The notes beneath the pieces are model-generated. The model had not been told where the DNA came from. It was given only the letters and a program-made list of their open reading frames with translations, and searched no databases. 64,000 nucleotides of DNA from Macrostomum lignano (lineage: Eukaryota): contig NIVC01001199.1 in assembly GCA_002269645.1 (NCBI GenBank), forward strand, positions 224,313 through 288,312, in the 5' to 3' direction. Below are positions 49,800-64,000 of this stretch, piece after piece; positions within the stretch are counted from its first letter, which is position 1; each line of letters starts with the position of its first letter. A program made the position numbers and the translations under genes.

Positions 49800-50440
49800 T
49801 GGCCAGTCTGTCTGTCAATCAAAGCGACTTTTTATGTTACAAGCACATTTTTAATTTATTTGCCCCGCCTTTTTAAAGTTTAAACAACTGAGACATGTCG
49901 TAGGTGGTCTCTAAGCAACTGGCTGCCCTTAGTGCATCCAGCACGTGACAGTCATTGCAAAGCTCTAAACGTTGTGCCACTTAGTCAATTTTCGATGCGA
50001 AGTCCAATAAACACTCAGTCAAAAAGGTCAGCAAGTTAGTCAGTAGCTGAATTCGTTACACGTGTTATTCGCACACTTGTAATTGTAAAAAAGCCTTGTA
50101 ATTTGCTAGTCGGATTCGACCACACACGAAAATTGAAGGCTTTACTTGGCATAATTATATTATTGAAATTCTGCAGAGTTGAGACTAATTGTACGAGTAC
50201 TCCCTTGGCGCATTCATGCAGTAGGCCTCAAATAGGCCTTAATTAGTGGGCGGACTGCGACTGCTAGCTACATGTAAGTCAGCTAGTTTTCTTTTCTTAG
50301 TGCGTGGAATTCCATGAGGTAAACAGTCGAATGCAGTCAGGCTGAAGCGTCCCTGAGTCAAATGTGTGCAACAGAGTTTAATACGACATTAAAGTTACTC
50401 CATTCACAACTATTTGGAGGTTTATTGCACCAGGCCAAAT

Positions 50441-50978
50441 AAATACGTTTCTGTAGTCTATGGCCGGGCCCAAGTGAGGAGTAAATAAGTTCTGTAGTCT
50501 ATGGTCGGGCCTAAGTAAGGAATAAATAAGTTCTGTAGTCTATGGCCGGGTCCAAGTGAGTAATAAATACGTTCTGTAGTCTATGGCCGGGCCCAAGTGA
50601 GGAATAAATACGTTCTGTAGTCTATGGCCGGGCCCAAGTAAGGAATAAATAAGTTCTGTAGTCTTTGGCCGGGCCTAAGTAAGGAATAAATAAGTTCTGT
50701 AGTCTTTGGCCGGGCCTAAGTAAGGAATAAATAAGTTCTGTAGTCTTTGGCCGGGCCTAAGTAAGGAATAAATAAGTTCTGTAGTCTTTGGCCGGGCCTA
50801 AGTAAGGAATAAATAAGTTCTGTAGTCTTTGGCCGGGCCCAAGTGAGGAATAAATACGTTCTGTAGTCTATGGCCGGGCCCAAGTGAGGAATAAATACGT
50901 TCTGTAGTCTATGGCCGTGACCAAGTGGGGAATAAATACGTTCTGTAGTCTATGGCCGGGCCCAAGTGAGGAATAAGT
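50441..50978. repeat. Minisatellite, 41-bp unit (GTTCTGTAGTCTATGGCCGGGCCCAAGTGAGGAATAAATAC), ~13 copies
   Basis: Units start at 50530 and 50571, and so on. Confidence 0.95.
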
Positions 50979-51330
50979 ATTGATAGATGATCTGTTGATG
51001 TTCAAAAACTTACCAATGCGTAAAAATGCAGTCTATAGTTTGCATATATCCGTGTGCAAAACTTTGTGCCTATTTTCATAGGTTATGAGAGCTTCTGTTG
51101 CCCAGTGCATTAATCAGGCAGAAATCAATTGCGGTTTTCGGCAGATATAAACTTACAAAGTTTGTCTTTCATTCTGTAGCGTAGCCTGGATACCGGTAGC
51201 AGGGCACAAGATTGCCGAACAGAAGGTAATTTAAAGGGTAAGCTTTTATAATACAAGTATTTTTATCTTTCTCCGCAATGACTTTACTGTTTTTCTAAGA
51301 TAATTTAACAGAAATATTCGTTTCAAGCAA

Positions 51331-55542
<4,212 letters not shown>

Positions 55543-56124
55543 CTTGAGTTGGAAGCTCCGAAGACTTTCACAAAGTTACAAATTTTAACCGTGCCAAATC
55601 CAGCGCACAAAGGAATAGTGAAAATCTCTCATTTAGAATCATTCTGACGAGATGTTAAATAGCGCCTCCCAGCAAGCAGATTCTCTCTCTCCTGTCAGCT
55701 CCATTGTGAGCGATCCTCTATCGCTGCTTTGCGAGCTCCTTCCTGTCTTTGAGTATTAGAAAAGAAATTTTCATCTGCCAACCCCAGCACTTCCTATTAT
55801 TTGTAATTCTTTTTTTCATTTTGACTTTCTCAATTTCCAACATTTCAAGCCAGACTAATGGGGCATATTCTAACTAAGTCGTGAATGAGTCCCACTTTCT
55901 TAACTAAATGGGAGTATTGCCAGACCGACTTCCTCTCTAGCCTACCTTAAGTAGAAGATAGAGCGAAGTTCTGGCTGCATAAAATGAAAACTAGCTTGCG
56001 GGTCGTTAAATAGATTTAACAAGTTTTTTGTTTTATTCATAGGTTAAACTGCTGTTAATCTAAAGCAAGCAACTATTTGACTAAGAATTCAGTTTGATTT
56101 TGAAACAAAAACACTACTGGAAAC

Positions 56125-56923
56125 CACAGATTCTAGAATAACTGTAGCGCATAACTCAGCACATTTGAGTGTAAGCTACTTTCAGTTCAGTAGTAAGTTT
56201 AACTAAAGCATTTTAATGTATTTTTAAATACAAAGCTCATTTATTGACTCTTATCCCCCTCTAGCTTAAACCCTCAAACCAAACAAAACCTCTAACCCCT
56301 GCCCACAGATACTAGAATAACTAGATGGTCCACTCTGGCATTTATACTTGACAAAACAGCTTTCTACTTTCAGTTCAGTAGCAAAGAAGCTATTTTATAA
56401 GAATAAGGCAGCTGAAATGACTTTGATAAGTTTAGAAGCCCAAGCTTGCAGGCGTAAACAGCTTGCTAATTGGTTCAGCCATAATATACATAAGCCACTG
56501 AAATGTACAAGGCAGATTTAGGCTGGAACAACCGAAGAAGGTAATAAAATTAGGTCGCGGGCCGGGGTAGAGGTTCTATGAGGAGTTTGAGGGTTTAATA
56601 GCTTGGGGGGGGGTAAGAGCCAATAAATAAGCTCTGGCTTTAAGAATACATTAAAATGTTTCTGTTTAACTTACTACTGAACTGAAAGTAGCTGGCACGC
56701 AAATGTGCCGAGTGGCCTATCTAGTTATTCTAGTATCTGTGCCCCTGCCCTGCCACCCAATTTTTATTACATTCCTCGGTTGTTCCAGCCTAAATCTGCC
56801 TTGTACATTTCAGTGGCTAATGTACATTATGGCTGAACCAATTAGCAAGCTGTTTTCGTCTGCAAGCTTGGGCTTCTAAACTTATCAAAGTCATCTCAGC
56901 TGCCTTTTTTCCTATAAAATAGC
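56125..56923. repeat. Two interleaved inverted-repeat pairs (A 56125-56303 / a 56561-56741; B 56389-56551 / b 56759-56923)
   Basis: Reverse-complement matches read by eye; B/b about 90% identical. Confidence 0.85.
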
Positions 56924-58647
56924 ATGTTTGTTTTGTTTATTTGTTTATTGATTTATCTGTTGGGAAAAGCAACAAATAAATGGTGCACTTTAGAAGAATA
57001 TCAGCGTAATGAATTGAGCCGAATTGAAGTTTTCCTAACTCCGGAAAGAAGGCTCTTAATAAGAATGGTGGAACTTGGACCCGCCCTGACTCTACGTCAG
57101 TGAAGAAATGATCAACCTGTCGCAACCAGAGCTCAAGAGAGCAGCAGCTACTATCAAATATTAAAGCGTGGGCAATACTTCACTGCACTGCCGGCTCTGC
57201 CTCTCACCGGGTCGACTCTGTGTGGCTCAAAAGGCTCAACATCAAGTTGATCCAAGCTGCCGGTGTCACAAGCTAAGAACGCGTGTCTCCTTCACCAGAA
57301 CACCCAGAAGATCGGGATTGAGATAGCTGAAAACAGGATTCGGAGCCAGATCATCTAGTTACCGCCCCAACCGGGACGAAAGACTCAAGCGAGCATGCCA
57401 ACTGCATGCTGAACATCCGTCAGTGGCAATTCCGAATCGCCTAGATTAGAACGGAACACCTGGCCTATTAAAAGCATCCAACAATTAGCTCTATCTAAAA
57501 GGCCATCTCAGTGCAATATGGCTCAGACAACATGCCTCATAAGAGTCAACTTTTCGACGTTCCGTTGGCTTGCCTCATTGAGCTCGATGGTGATTTAGTG
57601 GGCCAGATTGTAAGAAACAAGGCTCTCAGTCAAAGTTTTAAGAAAAAAAACTGACAAGGGCGCGCCTCTGGAATAGGATGCGAGCATAGGCCGCACCGCT
57701 AGAGTCAGCTAGCAGGCAGTCGACGACGCGTCGGTAAGTCGCTCGTCGCCGATCTTAAAGGCGGCCGGTCTCTCAACGGATTTACTAATTTTTGTTTACC
57801 AGAGAGTTTTATCAGAGACACCCTCGGTCAGTAAAAACATATTACGAGCGTAGATATATCTCTTCGGAAATTCGAGGACAATTCAAAATTATAGTTGCTA
57901 ATGCGTGCTTCAACGTAAATAAGCTTTCCATAGCTATGACATTTTTTATCCTCAGTTAGTGCTCTGGCAGTAAAATTTGAATTTGCTACTGAAATTATCA
58001 GTAGTATATACTATCGATTCGACAAGAATTGATTATTTGCATTTATTATCGAATACATTTTTCCCAGGTATCTCTCAAAGTCACGTGATAACAAAAACAG
58101 GCGGGAAGTGAAGCATTTCCAATAGAGAACAGAGGCTAGGAAGCCAAAATTTAATTTCCGAAAGGAATCCAAGAAATTGAAAGTATTTATTCGACTTTAA
58201 GAAATGCGAAGAAATGCTTCTGGATAGAAAGTCTTTGTGATTCTAGGCGGTGCACTGAAAGCAGAAAGGAAATGAGAGAGTGAATTTCACTTTGAAAATG
58301 AATTCACCTTTAGCTCAAAGAGAAATACGCATGCTGTTTGTTCGCATTCTAATTAATGCATCAATTTAGATGATTACTTGTATTTGGAAACTCCAAAGAC
58401 TTTCATAAAATTACCAATTTTAACCGTGCCAAATTCAGCGCTCTTGATTGCAGAGTCGTACAAGCATGTTGCTTTTGTCCTACGGTACTGACTCCAGGCT
58501 GCTTCAGACTCGAAAATTTAAAAGATATTTATTAATTTAAGACTTGAAGATTGCAGGAAAACTTGAAAAACCCAAATCCATGCATTGCGAACAAGAGAGA
58601 AAAGGCCCGCCCCGCTAGCTTGTGTCTGGCTTTGGCCTCTCTCCTTG

Positions 58648-59015
58648 CTGCTCTCTCATTAGCTGAGCCAGATTGGTCCCCTAGATTGCGGTTTCGTCCG
58701 TCTAACTTCGACCTCTCTCTTTACTGCTCTCTCATTGGCTGAGCCAGAATGGGTCTGCCCCCTAGGCTGAGTTTCGTCTGTCTAACTTCAACCTCTCTCC
58801 TTACTGCTCTCTCATTGGCTGAGCCAGAATGGGTCTGCCCCCTAGGCTGAGTTTCGTCTGTCTAACTTCAACCTCTCTCCTTACTGCTCTCTCATTGGCT
58901 GAGCCAGAATGGGTCTGCCCCCTAGGCTGAGTTTCGTCTGTCTAACTTCAACCTCTCTCTTTACTGCTCTCTCATTGACTGAGCCAGATTGGGTCTGCTA
59001 ACTAGGCTGAGTTTC
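58648..59015. repeat. 80-bp unit tandem repeat, ~4.5 copies
   Basis: ATTGGCTGAGCCAG at 58734 and 58814, and so on. Confidence 0.93.
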
Positions 59016-59305
59016 ACTTGTGCATATCAAGTTAAATGCTTGCTGATCATTCTTAAGCCCATATGCTCTTCTGGCCGCAACTCCCGAGGAACAAAAAGAA
59101 ATTTTAGCTGCCAGATTAAATTTAAGTGACACTGCGCAGACAAACTTCTGAAAAGAGTAAACACTCTACTTTTCACAACTTTAATTTTGAGTGACATCTA
59201 GTCACTTCTAGTAGCTGTGGCTAAAACTAAAAAGGCTCAGGCCAGTACCAATTAATGACAAAGTTAGGATCTACTACTGTATCTGAAGCCACCGAAAATT
59301 TTTGT

Positions 59306-62300
59306 TCAGTCGTCGACTCCGATAGACATCTCCGACCGACGCATCTGAATGCCGAGCACCATCTTCTCGGCGATATAGCGGTAGACGCTCAGCCAGGCCT
59401 TCTGAACCTCACGGGTGTACAACGGGCCCAGCTTCCGCTCCATCGCATAGTCTATGGCCGGCCAGAGGCGCTGAAATGTTTTTTTTTTTGATTCGATTTT
59501 TTTACTATGATTCATAGGCGTAGGAACGTTTCAAAATGTGGGGGGCCAGGTTCAGTGGCGGATTTAGGGGGGTGGGGCGCATAGGGTGCACGCCCACTGT
59601 CGAGTTAGATTTTTCTATTTTTATGGAAAATGCACATTATCATGCACCAATTATTTTTAGAATCGGTGTTGTCGGCACTCATTTTAGCGTTGCAGGCACT
59701 CTTTTAGCGCCGTAGGCACTCATTTTAGCGCCACAGTCCTTATTTTAGCGCCACAGGACCTCATTTTTGCGCTGCAGGCACCCATTTTAGCGCCACAGGC
59801 AACCATTTTAGCGCCACAGGCACCCATTTTAGCGCCGCAGGCACTCATTTCAGCGCTGCAGGCGCTAGCGCCACAGGCACTCATTTCAGCGCTGCAGGCA
59901 CTCATTTTAGCGCCGCAGGCACTCATTTTAGCGCTGCAGGCACCCATTTTAGCGCCACAGGCACTCATTTCAGCGCTGCAGGCGCTAGCGCCACAGGCAC
60001 TCATTTTAGCGCCGTAGGCACTCATTTTAGCGCCGCAGGCACTCATTTCAGCGCTGCAGGCACTCATTTTAGCGCCGCAGACCCCTTTTAGCGTTGCAAG
60101 CACTCATTTTAGCGCCACAGGAACTCATTTTAGCGCTGCAGACACTCATTTTAGCGCTACAGGCACTCATTTCAGCGCCACAGGCACTCATTTTAGCGCC
60201 GCAGGCACTCATTTCAGCGCTGCAGGCACTCATTTTAGCGCCGCAGACCCCTTTTAGCGTTGCAAGCACTCATTTTAGCGCCACAGGCACTCATTTTAGC
60301 GCTGCAGGCACTCATTTTAGCGCCGCAGGCACCCATTTTAGCGCCACAGGCACTCATTTTAGCGCCACAGGCACTCATTTTAGCGCCACGGCCCACAGGC
60401 ACTCATTTTAGCGCCGCAGGCACTCATTTTAGCGCCGCAGGCACTCATTTTAGCGCCACAGGCACTCATTTTAGCGCTGCAGGCACTCATTTTAGCGCCG
60501 CAGGCACCCATTTTAGCGCCGCAGGCACTCATTTTAGCGCCACAGGCACTCATTTTAGCGCCACAGGCACTCATTTTAGCGCCACAGGCACTCATTTTAG
60601 CGCCGCAAGCACTCATTTTAGCGCCGCAGGCACTCATTTTAGCGCCACAGGCACTCATTTTAGCGCCACAGGCACTCATTTTAGCGCCACGGCCCACAGG
60701 CACTCATTTGAGCGCCACGGCCCACAGGCACTCATTTTAGCGTCACAGGCACCCATTTTAGCGCCGCAGGCACTCATTTTAGCGCCACAGGCACTCATTT
60801 TAGCGCCGCAGGCACCCATTTTAGCGCCGCAGACACTCATTTTAGCACCACAGGCACTCATTTTAGCGCCACAGGCACTCATTTTAGCGCCACAGGCATT
60901 CATTTTAGCGCCGCAGGCACCCATTTTAGCGCTGCAGGCACTCATTTTAGCTCCACAGGCACCATTTTAGCGCCACAGGCACTCATTTTAGCGCCACAGG
61001 CACTCATTTTAGCGTCACAGGCACTCATTTTAGCGCCACAGGCACTCATTTTAGCTCCACAGGCACCATTTTAGCGCCACAGGCACTCATTTCAGCGCCA
61101 CAGGCACTCATTTTAGCGCCACAGGCACTCATTTTAGCGTCACAGGCACTCATTTTAGCGCCGCAGCCACTCATTTTAGCGCCGCAGGCACCCATTTGAG
61201 CGCTGCAGGCGCTATGTTTTGTGGCCCTGCAGCAAAATGTATTTATGCAAAGCAGCAAAAATAAAAATAAGAGTAAAAAATAAACAAAAAATTTACATTT
61301 TGCAGTTAAAATGTGGAGGGGCCATGGCCCCACTGTTCCCCCGTTCTTACGGCTATGCTACGCTCGTATGATTTAGTCTACTACTAGTATTAACAACTTT
61401 TCAGTAGATACAAAATTGATTTTTAACTACAGTTATTCAAGCATTCAGACAAATGAGATAATGTTGACTAGATAGGCTATTTCATAAATATGGCCTATAG
61501 CAGCCTAATGTAGTTAAAGTATTTTATTCTACTTTAATGAAGGCTCAATACTGAGTGTAAAGACAATCACATTATTATTTATTTGCATGTATTTCTTATT
61601 AGAAAGGTAATTCATACCAGAAGAAGAATATTGGGTGCTGCCTCCTATCAAAAGCATTTACAAGTGTTTTGTTGAAAAATGAAAAACTCCATTCCCCGTA
61701 AACCTGTCTAATAAAAATTTCCCAAGAAACATAGTTCCCATCCTCCTACTTGAATAGCCCTTGCTCTAACACTAACCTAAACCCTAACCTAACCTAAATT
61801 GTCCTGTTTCATGTGCTAACTGATAGTCTCTGTGGGTTTTAACACTGGGGGAAGACAAGGCAAGTATACAGATAGTGCACGTTCGTATTTGGAAAATCCG
61901 CATCGAACACTCCAACACTACTTGATATTTGCATCTAAGTGGGGGGGGGTAAATATATGCAGATATCTGATATAATTTCAAATATGTCTTCAGCTCCGAG
62001 AGCTGATATGGCATATCAATCCGATTAGCCTTGGGATTATTATCAAGTCTTTAAGCGTCATTTGGATGTACAGGAAAAGACAGCAAGGTTAACATTATTG
62101 CTCTGTATTTAGACTCCCACAGATGCAGAATTTTCTGATCCTCATAAGAAGATGAAAGTTGATGAGAGTGAAATTATGATCATTACTGAAAAACAAGTGA
62201 GCTAAGCTAATAATTAAGACTCAAAAGTTGCATCTTCATATTAGGTTTCTTTTTTGAGCTTCACGGATGTAACTGAGACGTTAATGCATCCAGAAATCTG

Positions 62301-64000
62301 CGAGGCGTCAGGCAGTCTTGCAATGAGATCAATCAATAACAAAAATCAAACTTCTCTCTCAGGAACTGCAAGCCTAGACTTGTAACTTGAAACAATTCAC
62401 GATGATACAATAAACAATCAATACTGCGTGTCTTATGCATCTCTATGCTTTATGAAACTTGTGGCTATAGCCTACAAGTAAAAACTACGAGTAGGTTACA
62501 GCCGATCAATGGGATGCCGTCTTAGAAGGCCGTTCGTTCAGCCTCAAATCTCAATGCAAAGCAAACCCGTTTGAACTGGAGCAGATTAAAGGCAATAACA
62601 AAATGTCTGCACTGATTTTTGGACACGCCCTTGGGCTACAATGGATTGCTAGGGAGTTTTTAATAGGATGTTGCACCACACAATATTAATCCTGCAATTT
62701 GACTCAAGTGAATATTTTGGTACTCAAGTCCTAAATGAGGCAATGCACATCCAATTTAATTACTACTTTAGTTCTCGTATGCAATAAATTCTATGCATGC
62801 TCCTTTCCGAAAGTAAATGCATATCTACTGGACAAACTTCAGTGTGCACTGTTGTTCCTTTATCAGTGCGAGGCCAGTTTAATATAAGTGAGTGGCCCCA
62901 AATGTTAACGTACGTACACTGGCGCGTTTGTCGATTGGCGTCTGTACATTCAAGAGACGAGAGTCAATGCGAACGGCCTCTCCGTCAGCGAATGTACATT
63001 CAAGAGACGAGAGTCAATGCGAACGGCCTCTCCGTCAGCGAATGTACATTCAAGTGACGAGAGTCAATGCGAACGGCCTCTCCGTCAGCGAATGTACATT
63101 CAAGTGACGAGAGTCAATGCGAACGGCCTCTCCGTCAGCGAATGTACATTCAAGTGACGAGAGTCAATGCGAACGGCCTCTCCGTCAGCGAATGTACATT
63201 CAAGTGACGAGAGTCAATGCGAACGGCCTCTCCGTCAGCGAATGTACATTCAAGTGACGAGAGTCAATGCGAACGGCCTCTCCGTCAGTGAATGTACATT
63301 CAAGTGACGAGAGTCAATGCGAACGGCCTCTCCGTCAGCGAATGTACATTCAAGTGACGAGAGTCAATGCGAACGGCCTCTCCGTCAGTGAATGTACATT
63401 CAAGTGACGAGAGTCAATGCGAACGGCCTCTCCGTCAGTGAATGTACATTCAAGTGACGAGAGTCAATGCGAACGGCCTCTCCGTCAGCGAATGTACATT
63501 CAAGTGACGAGAGTCAATGCGAACGGCCTCTCCGTCAGCGAATGTACATTCAAGTGACGAGAGTCAATGCGAACGGCCTCTCCGTCAGTGAATGTACATT
63601 CAAGTGACGAGAGTCAATGCGAACGGCCTCGCCGTCAGTGAATGTACATTCAAGTGACGAGAGTCAATGCGAACGGCCTCTCCGTCAGTGAATGTACATT
63701 CAAGTGACGAGAGTCAATGCGAAACGGCCTCGCCGTCAGTGAATGTACATTCAAGTGACGAGAGTCAATGCGAACGGCCTCTCCGTCAGAGAATGTACAT
63801 TCAAGGGAAACTAGCTCTTACCATCACGTGCTCAGGACGAACGTGAAAAGCGCAGTGGGCCTGTCCCAACGCTAGCAGAACCGAGTTCAGCACCAGGGCG
63901 TCTTCTAGGCAGTCGACAGCGGCGCCCCAGCGCCTGCATCACAGCTTCGCCATGCTTTTTCAATTTCTCGGGATCTGGCTCGTAGTCTGCTGACGCGGCG
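59306..64000 (-). CDS. Neuroglobin-like globin, last two exons: >64000..63822 (partial; +1 frameshift near 63925) and 59470..59306
   Basis: LKKHGEAVMQALG(AAVDCLED)...LGQAH (E7 and F8 His) ...RPEHVM|RLWPAIDYAMERKLGPLYTREVQKAWLSVYRYIAEKM. The last exon aligns without gaps to globin G/H helices, with a phase-0 intron at the classical G7.0 position. Confidence 0.88.
59513..61357. mobile_element. Putative non-autonomous DNA element (MITE-like) with 16-bp TIRs enclosing a 21-bp minisatellite
   Basis: CATAGGCGTAGGAACG (59513-59528) versus CGTTCTTACGGCTATG (61342-61357): 14/16 inverted match. Subterminal direct repeat AAAATGTGG(G/A)GGG near both ends. Flanking 8-mers CTATGATT/CTACGCTC match 5/8. Confidence 0.6.
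59685..61210. repeat. Minisatellite, 21-bp unit (GCACTCATTTTAGCGCCACAG), ~70 copies
   Basis: Direct periodicity; source of the (MSACGAK)n ORFs. Confidence 0.96.
62940..63805. repeat. Highly homogeneous 50-bp unit tandem repeat, ~17 copies, ending ~16 nt from the globin donor site
   Basis: Period 50 is visible directly; no spacers. Confidence 0.97.

Noticed and set aside
57100-57800. CpG-rich stretch with isolated splice-like signals (possible exons or retroelement remnant)
   Set aside because: All frames are interrupted between candidate splice sites, and no transposon or protein motif is recognised.
62940-63805. CRISPR-like appearance of the regular 50-bp array (also the 41-, 59-, 74- and 80-bp arrays)
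   Set aside because: Units are head-to-tail with no unique spacers, there are no cas genes, and the context is eukaryotic.

Overview
Eukaryotic (animal) genomic DNA: GC-rich, poly-Q/poly-A-rich exons with GT-AG introns in AT-rich spacer DNA. By my tally about 20 kb (~30%) is tandem repeat, in more than 30 arrays that almost all have different units. This architecture and the gene set suggest a free-living flatworm such as Macrostomum lignano (inference, not proven). Supported genes, left to right: an intronless FaNaC-like DEG/ENaC channel (-); a 3-exon hydroxyproline/proline dehydrogenase (PRODH2-like, +); two tandem intronless secreted C-type lectin + PAN/apple-like genes (-) with a mariner transposase relic between them; WBP2 (5 exons, -) head-to-head with a CEP126-like gene (+); a 3-exon innexin (+); an uncharacterised gene fragment (+); a 4-exon rhodopsin-class peptide-receptor-like GPCR (+); an uncharacterised Q/P-rich spliced gene (-); and the last two exons of a neuroglobin-like globin (-), which has an apparent +1 frameshift. 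Mobile DNA includes two tRNA-derived SINE families and a TIR-bounded MITE-like element carrying a minisatellite. There is no CRISPR array, rRNA or true tRNA gene. Most ORFs in the supplied track are artefacts of repeats or antisense shadows. The most interesting signals are (1) the lectin pair, with a divergent recognition domain, a nearly identical C-terminal domain, a shared stop-codon-derived minisatellite and RFX X-boxes upstream, and (2) minisatellites that appear to nucleate locally at exon, splice-site and stop-codon boundaries. All exon coordinates were derived by hand, and protein similarities are from recalled family motifs, not database searches.
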